Source: a virus
Lineage: Duplodnaviria; Caudoviricetes
Reading direction: 5' to 3' (one strand)
IMG/VR virus record: IMGVR_UViG_3300017700_000484
Location: 1 to 39,055 of that record
Length of the DNA: 39,055 bases
How positions within the stretch are numbered: the stretch's first letter is position 1; each line of letters opens with the position of its first letter. Made by a program: the position numbers and the translations under genes. Below, piece after piece: positions 9,564 to 17,627 of the stretch. The notes beneath the pieces are model-generated. The model made no database searches. It worked only from the letters and a program-made list of their open reading frames with translations, and was not told the DNA's origin.

Positions 9564-10043
9564 TCATTTAGCTCCTGCGAGAGTGATGTAAACGTCAGAC
9601 AGGGTGCCGGACGAGGTAAGGGTCAGAAGGCCAGCGGTGAGCGCGGGCTGTAACAGTGTAATGACGCCAGAGGGGAGGCTGACGGATGCAACCGGCGCAC
9701 CATCCAGATCGAACGTCACCGACCCCGTGCCCGTGCCTGTCGCGGCGCACAACGCAGCCTGTAGCGTGATCGGGAACGTCAGCAGGATCGACAGGGGGGC
9801 GGTCAGCGCGCCGGGTAGTCCGTAGGGTATGGCGGCGACGTTATCGGCCCAGCCGGTCGCGTAGTTAGTCGTCGCTGTCTTGACCAGTATTTGCCCCATC
9901 GCGCCGCCTGGAGCGACCCCCGCCCCAGCAGGCCCCACGGCACGCGGAAACGACGCCTCGCTGGCCGCACCGCCGCCCGTCGTCGGCACGGTCACAACCG
10001 AGTCAGTCCCGCCCGTGCGCGGCGGCAGGACGATACTAACCAC
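9564..10043 (-). CDS. Hypothetical virion protein
   Basis: GVAPGGAMGQILVKTATTNYATGW is a fibre-joint-like motif; coupled to neighbours. Confidence 0.55.
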   Translation of the reverse strand: MVSIVLPPRTGGTDSVVTVPTTGGGAASEASFPRAVGPAGAGVAPGGAMGQILVKTATTNYATGWADNVAAIPYGLPGALTAPLSILLTFPITLQAALCAATGTGTGSVTFDLDGAPVASVSLPSGVITLLQPALTAGLLTLTSSGTLSDVYITLAGAK

Positions 10044-10668
10044 AGTCGTCGTTCCCGTGATTGCTAACCAGCGCCAGCTTGTAGCGGTTCGCGGCCATGA
10101 CCGTCGCGGGGCCTGGTTGCAATCCGAAGTCGTCAGACACGCGCATCGCCATCACAGCGGCCAGCCCATCGGGGGACCGGGCGGACAGCGGCGCTTCCTC
10201 CGTAAGCGTCAGGGTATCGACGCGCATCCAGCGCTGCACCGTGCCGTCGTAAACGTATGTCGCGCGCGTTGCGCCGTATTGGTCCGTCACCATAACGACA
10301 GCCTTGTCGCGCGGGACATTCAGGCCGTCAGACCCGCCATATGGAACCGACAGGCCCCAACCGTAATCACGGCACGGACGCCAGTTTTTCCAGTAGAACC
10401 AGTCCACAGTCGCGGGCAGATCGACCGTCACCGCATCGACGGTCAGGATGTTCACGTGTTGATTGGGCGTGGCAGTGATGGTGCCGGAGGTGCTGACGGG
10501 CGTGTTATACACCCGCCCGAAAGCACCCCCAGTCACCCACTCCATGTATTGAGACGCGAGGGATGCGAGCATGTCCGCAGCATCAGCCGCAGTCATCTCG
10601 CCACCGGCACGCAGTACGCCGAGCTTCTTGAGCGCCCGCGTGCCGATGTCCCCCACAGTCTCAACCAT
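10036..10668 (-). CDS. Head-to-tail adaptor (P22 gp4-like)
   Basis: N-terminal TVGDIGTRALKKLGVL..GE..A and C-terminal LAAVMAMRVSDDFG; synteny. Confidence 0.7.
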   Translation of the reverse strand: MVETVGDIGTRALKKLGVLRAGGEMTAADAADMLASLASQYMEWVTGGAFGRVYNTPVSTSGTITATPNQHVNILTVDAVTVDLPATVDWFYWKNWRPCRDYGWGLSVPYGGSDGLNVPRDKAVVMVTDQYGATRATYVYDGTVQRWMRVDTLTLTEEAPLSARSPDGLAAVMAMRVSDDFGLQPGPATVMAANRYKLALVSNHGNDDCG

Positions 10669-11018
10669 TACTCTTCTCCAGCGGCCTTGACGCTGGCGTC
10701 GTAATCCGCACGCAGGGCGCGCAGCTTATCAAGGCCAACCTTGTGGTGGAAAGGCACGTGATGGTCCCGCAGATAGGCGCGCAGGGTGTCAGATTCGGCG
10801 TCTTCAGCCTCTGCCTTCGCTTCCTTCACGTCGTCTGCATCGGAGCCTTCAGTCTTGAAGAACCGATTGGCAGCGAACTTGGCGACCACGTCCTTGTCAG
10901 ACACGGACACCGATTTGCCGCCACGGGTGAACCGCTCGCCCAGGTGCTCGATGAAGGCATTGCCGTCTTCGTCCACTTGGCCTTCGGGGAACTCGCCGTG
11001 ATAGGTTACGCTAGCCAT
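10668..11018 (-). CDS. Hypothetical head-region protein
   Basis: AGGAG SD; C-terminal LRAYLRDHHVPFHHKVGLDKLRAL resembles a small helix-extension-helix module. Confidence 0.6.
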   Translation of the reverse strand: MASVTYHGEFPEGQVDEDGNAFIEHLGERFTRGGKSVSVSDKDVVAKFAANRFFKTEGSDADDVKEAKAEAEDAESDTLRAYLRDHHVPFHHKVGLDKLRALRADYDASVKAAGEE

Positions 11019-11029
11019 TACGATACTCC

Positions 11030-11383
11030 TTAGGCCTGGGGTTCTTCGACGGTGTATTCGATGGCGACTTGGACGTTGCCAGCGGTGGTCACGGCTTGGG
11101 CCGCCAGGTAACGGTCGGGGTCAGCGACAACGGCAACGCCGTCAGCGCCAGTGAACCCACCGTCACCGATGTTCAGTGTGCCAGCGCCCAGAGCGTCGTT
11201 CTTCACGATCAGACGAAGAACCCGCACGTTGGCGGGCAGCTTGAACAGGTTGATGGTGTCGGTCGTGGTCGCGCCAACCGGCAGAGCAACCGTGGTGTAT
11301 TGGGTGCGGACCTGACCACCGCCAGCGCCGAAGCCGGGAACCGGAGCGCCAGTAGAGATAGCGGTAGAGTTGAAGATAGCCAT
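11030..11383 (-). CDS. Putative capsid decoration/cement protein
   Basis: Directly after the capsid gene; AGGAG SD; DTINLFKLPANVRV..TLNIG..DPDRY beta-sandwich pattern. Confidence 0.6.
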   Translation of the reverse strand: MAIFNSTAISTGAPVPGFGAGGGQVRTQYTTVALPVGATTTDTINLFKLPANVRVLRLIVKNDALGAGTLNIGDGGFTGADGVAVVADPDRYLAAQAVTTAGNVQVAIEYTVEEPQA

Positions 11384-11402
11384 TTTGATAGTCTCCTAAG
11401 CG

Positions 11403-11438
11403 TTTCCCCGGCCAGCGTTATTGCCGACCGGGGGGAAT
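11403..11438 (-). promoter_or_regulatory. Stable intergenic hairpin after the capsid gene (mRNA stabiliser or partial terminator)
   Basis: Minus strand TTCCCC(CC)GGTCGGC-AATAAC-GCTGGCCGGGGAA; no U-tract. Confidence 0.5.
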
Positions 11439-11449
11439 GCCTGAGTGGG

Positions 11450-12580
11450 TTACGCGTTAGCGACAGCGGCAGTGAAGATCGAGTAGCTGCCGTACTGGAC
11501 ACCTTGGAACGAAGTCTTCTTGATGCCGATCAGTTCTTCGATGGCACGCGCAGGGCGGAACTCATAGTCCTGCGAGTTGTCGGTGATCAGGCGCGGACGC
11601 TGACCCCATGCGACGGCGATAGCCGACTGACCCACCAGCGTGGCTTGGGCCACGTCGATGCCGCCCGCACCGGCACCGGCGATGATCGGAAGGTCAGCGA
11701 CCTCCTTGATGATCATGCCGTTCCACAGCAGGTCGCCGTTACGGAACAGAGGGTTGTTCTTGCCCCGCTCCATAGCGTCACGGTTGGCCTGGAACATCGT
11801 GGCGTCCCGGCGCAGGTCACGCATCTGGCGACGGTTGACGAACACCACGTACCACTCTTCGCCGTCTTCCGTCATATACGGGTTGATGGCGGGACCGGTC
11901 GAAGCGATGTCGGCAGTCTCGGCAGCGCGAGCGCGTGCGGTGTCGAGAACGGCGGTGGACATCTTGTCGTCGGTGTTGTCCAGAGTCGCCAGAGCCGTAG
12001 CCATGACGTTGGACGAACCGTTCGACACCAAGGCACCGAACTGCACGCGGTCAGCGTTGTTCACCAGGAAGGTGTTGCGCTGGGCGGCAGAGGCGTCCTC
12101 GTAACGCAGAACAGTGTCAGCGTTGGCGAAGCCCTCGGCGTTGGCAGCGCCGGGAATGACGATGCCGTTCAGGTTGTTGATGATGCCGGTCTTGAGTACG
12201 ATGCGAGCGGCCCAGTCACGAAGCGACGGACCAGCCACGCGCAGGATGTCCATGTTCGTCTTGTAGCTGGACGACTTCGGCACCTTGATGGCGTTACGAC
12301 GCCAGTTGGTGGTGACCTTGTCCACGAACTGCTCAAGATCGACCTCGTTACCTTCGAGGACTTGCGAGCCGGAAACGCCCGCGTTCTTGACGGTGCCCAG
12401 CAGCGGGACGATGATGTCCTTGCCGCCATCGGTCTTGGACTCGTTGAAGACACGAATAACCGCGTCGGAACCTTCGCCCATATACCGGTCAAAGCCGGAC
12501 TGACGGATGTAGGGTTTGTAATAATCGTTAATGAGCCACTTCGTCTCATTAAGATTCGAGTTGATGATTACCTCGGCCAT
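11450..12580 (-). CDS. Major capsid protein (HK97 fold, DUF4043-like)
   Basis: 376 aa, strongly biased codons; GG.DI.VPL..GVSGSQVLEGNE and NPLFRNG motifs; follows the scaffold gene. Confidence 0.85.
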   Translation of the reverse strand: MAEVIINSNLNETKWLINDYYKPYIRQSGFDRYMGEGSDAVIRVFNESKTDGGKDIIVPLLGTVKNAGVSGSQVLEGNEVDLEQFVDKVTTNWRRNAIKVPKSSSYKTNMDILRVAGPSLRDWAARIVLKTGIINNLNGIVIPGAANAEGFANADTVLRYEDASAAQRNTFLVNNADRVQFGALVSNGSSNVMATALATLDNTDDKMSTAVLDTARARAAETADIASTGPAINPYMTEDGEEWYVVFVNRRQMRDLRRDATMFQANRDAMERGKNNPLFRNGDLLWNGMIIKEVADLPIIAGAGAGGIDVAQATLVGQSAIAVAWGQRPRLITDNSQDYEFRPARAIEELIGIKKTSFQGVQYGSYSIFTAAVANA

Positions 12581-13362
12581 GCCTTTTTATCCAATGCAAA
12601 TGAGACATCATCCCATCCTGCATTGGCCGTCTGCTTAGACCCTGTCGAGGGAACATTAGCGAGACTGCGTGGCGGGGTGGGCTGAGACGGTTTCAAAGAA
12701 GAGGGTTGCCCCTCGGGTGAAACAATCCAGCCCTGGCTCTTGGCGTATTCTTCGGCCCGTTCCTTGACCAGATCGTCAAGGTCTCGGCCTCCTAGCGCCT
12801 CAAGGGTCTGTGACCGCTTGTATTCTGCGACAACGAAATCGGCGGGCCACTGAGCCTTGCCGATCTGACTGTCAAACGCGGGGTCAGTCGCTGCACGCTG
12901 GATCGCCCATTGGGTCGCCGCGTCAACAGTCTCTTGCCCGTGCTTCTCTAACGCACGTTCCCGCGAAAGGTCCGCCCTGATCTGAAACGCTTCCTGCTGG
13001 ATGCGGCTCTCGAAAAAGGCGTTCACCCCCTCGGGGTCTTCGTAAGCGTCAAGTCGCGGCTTGGGTGCTTGCGGCACCTTCTGCTGTGCTTCCTGATACC
13101 GACGCTCCATCTCTTGCGCCTTCGCCTCGGCCTCCTGGCGTTTGCGGCGCTCCTCCTTCATCTCACGATAGAGAGTCGGGTTGAAATTCTCCGCTTGTTC
13201 TTCTGCCTCGTTAGCTGGCGCTTCCGGGTCTGCGGGTGCGTCTTCGGTCGGAACTTCAGGCGCTTCTACAGTCTCGGCAACTTCAGCCTGGGCCACTTCG
13301 TCTGTCTGGACACCTTCGTCCTCCAGCCACGCGTCGCCCATAGTATCGGCAAAATCAGCCAT
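12568..13362 (-). CDS. Scaffolding protein
   Basis: Acidic N-terminus, EERRKRQEAE coiled coil, C-terminal PPRSLANVPS; lies between portal and capsid. Confidence 0.75.
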   Translation of the reverse strand: MADFADTMGDAWLEDEGVQTDEVAQAEVAETVEAPEVPTEDAPADPEAPANEAEEQAENFNPTLYREMKEERRKRQEAEAKAQEMERRYQEAQQKVPQAPKPRLDAYEDPEGVNAFFESRIQQEAFQIRADLSRERALEKHGQETVDAATQWAIQRAATDPAFDSQIGKAQWPADFVVAEYKRSQTLEALGGRDLDDLVKERAEEYAKSQGWIVSPEGQPSSLKPSQPTPPRSLANVPSTGSKQTANAGWDDVSFALDKKAWPR

Positions 13363-13373
13363 TCGTCACTCCC

Positions 13374-13432
13374 TGCCCGATCATCGGCGGCATCCCTTCT
13401 TTGCACATGGTCATCGGCTGTGCGTCCTCGGC
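13374..13432 (-). promoter_or_regulatory. Tandem 5'-UTR hairpins sharing a GCCGATGA loop
   Basis: tcatcggc at 13381-13388 and 13411-13418, each inside a short stem; the proximal hairpin abuts the GGGAG SD. Confidence 0.55.
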
Positions 13433-13435
13433 AGT

Positions 13436-13464
13436 ATTGTAAACGCGGTTGCTGATTAGCGCAA
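13436..13464 (-). promoter_or_regulatory. Sigma70-type promoter for scaffold/capsid
   Basis: TTGCGC-17 nt-TACAAT on the minus strand. Confidence 0.6.
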
Positions 13465-13482
13465 TACCTGTAGGCGCACAGC

Positions 13483-13514
13483 AAAACGCCCCCACTCGGT
13501 TAAGAGTGAGGGCG
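13483..13514 (-). terminator. Rho-independent terminator
   Basis: CGCCCTCACTC-TTAACC-GAGTGGGGGCG-TTTT on the minus strand. Confidence 0.7.
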
Positions 13515-13546
13515 AATGCGCGAGGCCGGAATCAATACCGGAAGAT

Positions 13547-13632
13547 GCAAAAAGACTGGACTCGAACCAGCGCGCTCCAGGTAGAGTGATAATCTATGCC
13601 TGGCGCTCTAAACCAACTGAGCTACCTTTTGC
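13547..13632 (-). tRNA. Atypical tRNA-like element with an elongated anticodon arm (apparent anticodon AUC)
   Basis: Acceptor (G)CAAAAGG/CTTTTTG(C); D-arm GCTC-AGTTGGTTTA-GAGC; T-arm GCTGG-TTCGAGT-CCAGT; anticodon arm CCAGG-CA-TAGA-TTATCAC-TCTA-CCTGG; no encoded CCA. Confidence 0.75.
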
Positions 13633-13683
13633 CTCAAGCTTTACACTCATAGCCGCGAACCAAGAGCCGCCGCTCGCCCAAAA

Positions 13684-13712
13684 ATCTTAAATCTTTGGCG
13701 CCAATCAGTCAA
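13684..13712 (-). promoter_or_regulatory. Sigma70 promoter of the tRNA-like RNA
   Basis: TTGACT-17 nt-TAAGAT on the minus strand. Confidence 0.7.
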
Positions 13713-13714
13713 CG

Positions 13715-13942
13715 CTAGTCAAACCATGTAGCTGCATCTCGCAGATTGATCGCAGCCTCTTCTCTGGCCTTGGCTCTGTTTCGGGCTGACTCGGCTTCAG
13801 CCTCAAGGCATCCGGCCTCTTCGTTAAGTCTGGCGGCCTCTCTTTCGTACCCCTCTGCCTTTTCAATCAAGACGCCCTTGGGGGTGTGTTTTTCTTTTTG
13901 TGGCGATTCTTCAAGCAGTACAACCGGCGCTTCCATACTCAT
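13715..13942 (-). CDS. Hypothetical coiled-coil protein
   Basis: AAGGAGAG SD; Glu/Ala heptads. Confidence 0.6.
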   Translation of the reverse strand: MSMEAPVVLLEESPQKEKHTPKGVLIEKAEGYEREAARLNEEAGCLEAEAESARNRAKAREEAAINLRDAATWFD

Positions 13943-13949
13943 CTCTCCT

Positions 13950-15851
13950 TTAGCCCATCAACCCCATATCCCGCGCCTGCATATCCGCAGCCTTGACGAC
14001 TACATCCGCCTCGGCCTGGTTAGCCTTGGCGACGTTGAGGGCGGTCTTGGATTCGGTCTCGGCAATGTCAGCCTGTGCGGCGCGCATGCCCAGCTCGGTC
14101 TGCATCTGCTGCATCTGCTGCTGCATCTGCGCCATCTGCTGCGCCTGCGGATCGTCGCCGCCCTGCGACTCCTTGATGATGTCCTTGACCTCTTGCTTGT
14201 CGGGCATCGACGACAGGGCCAGAGCCACGTTGAACGCGACCTCTGGACCGAACGCCTGTTGCAGGCCCGGGAACATCGGGGCCATCGCCTCAAACTGTTC
14301 GGCTTGCAGGTTCGCCGTGTCAGGCACGGTCTGCACTTCGATGTCGATATCCCAATCCGCCAGCTTGTTCGTGATCTTCATCTGCTGCGTGGACGGATCA
14401 ACCACCGGCTGTCCGGTCTGCGGATCGACCTCAGGCGCGTTAAGTTGCACGAAGTCGGCCTTGCCCTCCATACCCGTCACGCGAATGAACTTAGGCTCCT
14501 GCCAGAACTGACGCGCACGCATCCAGCATTGGTGATAGATCGACGTCTCGAAGTCCTCCAGACGACCAAGGCAACGCGCAATCTCCGTCATGCCCGCCTG
14601 TTGCAGCACCAGCCGCGACCGGCCCGACTGCGACGAAGCAGAGGCATCGGCCAGCACAGCAGGCGTGGGGGCCTGCCTGACCAGCGCCTGTCGTGCGTCC
14701 TGCATCATAGCCGAAGCGCCTGCCGTCAGGTCAGACGTGGGCACAATGCTGTATCCCGTAGGCAGCAGACCGTCTGCGCGTGCCGCCTCTTTGCGGGCCG
14801 TGTCAGCGTCCACGTCAGGCGGGAGGTTCGGGTCCGTGACCTGTAGTTGGCGGGAGTTCGTCAGATGCAGCAGACGCGAGGCATAGGCGTTAAGTTCGTC
14901 CTGCTGGCTCAGCATGGACGCGACCAAGCCGTAGCGCTCGTTTTCGCGGTTCACGTTGCACGACGACGCCACGATGGGGTTGCAGGGGTTCTGGTAGTCG
15001 TCCAGATACGGGCTAGGCGTCTGGTCCAGCACGCCCGCCGCATAGAACACCGTCCGCATCCACTCGTCTTCGCGGTGGTACATCTCGACCACGAAGATAC
15101 GGCGCTTCTTGGTATCAGCCCAGCACTCGGCCAGGTTATCGGGCCGGTCCTGCATTGTCGTCAGGCTCATGTCGCCCCAGTTGGACGAATAGACCAGCGG
15201 CAGGTCTTGCGCGAACATCGGATACAGCTTGGCCAGGTCATCCTCTGCCAGCCACTTGCCGATGCCCATGTATCGCGCGTCTGAGAAGTCCGCCTCACGC
15301 GAGCGCGGGTCGTAAATCAGTTCCTCATACCGGATGCGGTTGATCAGGATGTTCTCGCCGTCGCACTCGACCACGGCACCCGTAGCGCCTTCGATCAGGT
15401 AGTTCTCGGCACAGTCGATCTTCTTCTTGTGCAGGCGGTTCTGGTCCCCGATGTAACGCAGGGTCTTGGACGCCACATCAGCAGCGTCCTCATCGGTGGG
15501 GTTGCGTGGATAGGCGCGGGGATCAACCTTGGCCTGGGTCAGGATGCCCAGCACGCCGTTGATCGCGGGCTTGATCTCATTGCGGATGATCTGGGGCTGA
15601 CGGGCACGACGCAGGGCGGCGAGCTTCTTCGTGTCAAGCTGCTTGTCGTCGAAATAGTCGCGGCACATCTCGGCGCGCTGGCGAGCCACATCAGTGCCGT
15701 CGCGGAAGTCATCGACCATGCGGCGCATGGGCTTGACGTCGATACTGGCGAGGCGGGCGCGTTCGGCCTCCAGTGCAGCAGCTTCTGCCTCGGCCTGCAT
15801 AAGCGCCATGTCCTCTGGCGACATGTATTCGGCCATCATCGTGTCAGTCAT
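13950..15851 (-). CDS. Portal protein (P22-like, with C-terminal barrel)
   Basis: 633 aa; DYFDDKQ..RNEIKPAINGVLG, YDPRSREADFSDARY, RYGLV..QDELN; Gln-rich coiled-coil C-terminus. Confidence 0.9.
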   Translation of the reverse strand: MTDTMMAEYMSPEDMALMQAEAEAAALEAERARLASIDVKPMRRMVDDFRDGTDVARQRAEMCRDYFDDKQLDTKKLAALRRARQPQIIRNEIKPAINGVLGILTQAKVDPRAYPRNPTDEDAADVASKTLRYIGDQNRLHKKKIDCAENYLIEGATGAVVECDGENILINRIRYEELIYDPRSREADFSDARYMGIGKWLAEDDLAKLYPMFAQDLPLVYSSNWGDMSLTTMQDRPDNLAECWADTKKRRIFVVEMYHREDEWMRTVFYAAGVLDQTPSPYLDDYQNPCNPIVASSCNVNRENERYGLVASMLSQQDELNAYASRLLHLTNSRQLQVTDPNLPPDVDADTARKEAARADGLLPTGYSIVPTSDLTAGASAMMQDARQALVRQAPTPAVLADASASSQSGRSRLVLQQAGMTEIARCLGRLEDFETSIYHQCWMRARQFWQEPKFIRVTGMEGKADFVQLNAPEVDPQTGQPVVDPSTQQMKITNKLADWDIDIEVQTVPDTANLQAEQFEAMAPMFPGLQQAFGPEVAFNVALALSSMPDKQEVKDIIKESQGGDDPQAQQMAQMQQQMQQMQTELGMRAAQADIAETESKTALNVAKANQAEADVVVKAADMQARDMGLMG

Positions 15852-16051
15852 TTACGCGCCTCATGCAGACGGACCATCTCGGCAGCTTCCCGCCACGCCT
15901 TGCGATGTGCAGCGCGCGCGGCTCTCACGTCGTCAGGAATCGCACCCCTCGGCACGACGCCCCACTCTTCGGCGCGGCGCTCCATGCGGTCGGCAAGGTC
16001 AGTCACTGCAAATACCCCACGACATGCTCTGGCCTGTATCGAGTCAGTCAT
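15848..16051 (-). CDS. Hypothetical protein
   Basis: Overlap-coupled between TerL and portal. Confidence 0.55.
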   Translation of the reverse strand: MTDSIQARACRGVFAVTDLADRMERRAEEWGVVPRGAIPDDVRAARAAHRKAWREAAEMVRLHEARK

Positions 16052-16160
16052 CGCGCATCATCTCATCCCAGGCAGCCTCAGCCATCCACACGCCGAACCA
16101 CGACACGACTTTGTCGGGCGCGTCTATGGGGGCGACCGGCCACGGCGCAGAATCATCCAT
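16044..16160 (-). CDS. Hypothetical 38-aa protein
   Basis: MDDSAPWPV..; overlaps the TerL stop and the next start; GGAGG upstream. Confidence 0.4.
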   Translation of the reverse strand: MDDSAPWPVAPIDAPDKVVSWFGVWMAEAAWDEMMRDD

Positions 16161-17460
16161 ACATTCCGCCTCCGTAGTCATCGCCATCCCTGTCGCGGTT
16201 GCGCGTGTAGATGTCGCGCGGTCGCCTAGTATCGCGCACTTCGGCCTTAGGAGCAACACCGGCTCGACGCAAGCCTTCTAGTGCATAGCGCAGTGCGTCG
16301 ATTGTGTGGTTGTCCTTGTCCTCAAGCATTGGCAGGACTTCATCGGTCTGTCGGTCCACCTTGTAGCTGTAGGACGACAGCTCACGAATGACGTTCTCGC
16401 AGCGAGGGTGCACGATGATGTCGAAAGATTGCAGAAACGAGATACCGTCCTCCACAGACCCTTGACCTTTGAGCGCGCTGACGATCTTCGGGAATCCGTG
16501 GCGGCGCATGTAGCTGACTGTCTCTGGCCTGGCACTGTCAGCCGTGATGCGGAACTCACGGGCGCGTGGGATGCGGTCAAACAGGGCGGGTGTCTGATCC
16601 ACCTCGCATTGCTCCTCATACGCCTCGTAATCGACGTATAGCTTGCGACCGTCCAGATACCCGCGAACCAGCACGGTCGGGTCGATTGCGAACCCCCAGT
16701 CGGCACCAAACCGGAAGACGGTGTCGTGCGTGGTGATGAACTCGCTGCCGTCACCGACTCGCCAGTTGCGGAACACGCGGGCCTCTGAGCGGCCTTGGTA
16801 TGCGCCAAGCCAGACGTGCGCGTATTTGTCGGGGTCGCGCTCTCGGTCGCCTTCCAGTTCGTCGCGTAGTTCGTCCGGGAACCAGGGATTGTCGGTATAG
16901 TTCGCCTCGACCACGACGGCGTTACGGGGTGGATTAGGCCCCCTTAACAGCACGTCAACGGGGTCTGTGTCCTTCGACGGGTTCCAGCCAAACCACAACT
17001 CTGACCCCGGCTTGCGGATCGTGGGGCGCAACAGGTCCAGCGACCTCTGGCTGATCGACTGCGCCTCCTCCACCCAGGCAATGTCGTAACCCTCCAGCGA
17101 CTTGATGCTGTCGTTAGTGTGGTTCTGCATCCCCTGGAATGCAATCAGGCCGCACGGTGTGCCGCGAGCGTCCAGAACCTTGATGTTGGCGCTGCGGTCA
17201 ATCGGCACGTCGAACAGGTGGCCGACACCCAGCTTGGCGATCTTGTCTTCCACAAGCTGACGGACGGATTGCGATATGGACTTCTGCACCTCACGAACGC
17301 ACACAACACGCGTCGTCGGGTCGATCACGCAGCGCTCTACCAGCATCTCCGCGAAGAAGTGAGACTTCCCAGAACCGCGACCACCATACGCGCCCTTGTA
17401 GCGGCTTGGGCCGAGCAGGGGCTTGTAAACGCGCGGGGTCTCGATGCGGAGGGTGGTCAC
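16153..17460 (-). CDS. terL: Terminase large subunit (PBSX/Terminase_3 type)
   Basis: Walker A YGGRGSGKS, Walker B AWVEEA, nuclease GADWGF..DPT and DNHTIDALRYA. Confidence 0.95.
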   Translation of the reverse strand: MTTLRIETPRVYKPLLGPSRYKGAYGGRGSGKSHFFAEMLVERCVIDPTTRVVCVREVQKSISQSVRQLVEDKIAKLGVGHLFDVPIDRSANIKVLDARGTPCGLIAFQGMQNHTNDSIKSLEGYDIAWVEEAQSISQRSLDLLRPTIRKPGSELWFGWNPSKDTDPVDVLLRGPNPPRNAVVVEANYTDNPWFPDELRDELEGDRERDPDKYAHVWLGAYQGRSEARVFRNWRVGDGSEFITTHDTVFRFGADWGFAIDPTVLVRGYLDGRKLYVDYEAYEEQCEVDQTPALFDRIPRAREFRITADSARPETVSYMRRHGFPKIVSALKGQGSVEDGISFLQSFDIIVHPRCENVIRELSSYSYKVDRQTDEVLPMLEDKDNHTIDALRYALEGLRRAGVAPKAEVRDTRRPRDIYTRNRDRDGDDYGGGMYG

Positions 17461-17627
17461 GCCAGGCCGAACCTAAGCGCCATGCTGATCGCCTTCGCAG
17501 CCGGTCCGGTTGGCCCCTCGGTCGCGTATCGCTGCGCCGTCTTGTTGGAAACACCAAGCCAACGGCCCGCACCTAGCTGACTAAGGCCGAGGGTTGCTAG
17601 AGCGGCGCGGTATTCAGCGGGGGTCAT
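17457..17627 (-). CDS. Small XRE-like HTH protein (56 aa; not in the ORF track)
   Basis: MTPAEYRAALATLGLSQLGAGRWLGVSNKTAQRY..; ATGA/GTGA coupling on both sides. Confidence 0.75.
   Translation of the reverse strand: MTPAEYRAALATLGLSQLGAGRWLGVSNKTAQRYATEGPTGPAAKAISMALRFGLA

Larger units (their letters stand above)
13483..13679 (-). ncRNA. ~195-nt non-coding transcript containing a tRNA-like domain
   Basis: Bounded by its own promoter and terminator; no credible ORF. Confidence 0.55.

Noticed and set aside
11069-12685. 538-aa plus-strand ORF (also 13746-14846, 827-1795, 9880-10704, 3070-3819)
   Set aside because: Antisense shadows of GC-rich, codon-biased structural genes; no SD or recognisable motifs
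13547-13632. Ordinary tRNA-Asp, amber suppressor or intron-containing tRNA
   Set aside because: Seventeen nt lie inside the 5-bp anticodon stem; no 7-nt register gives a canonical CUA loop; the insert is far too short for a self-splicing intron; genes read normally in code 11
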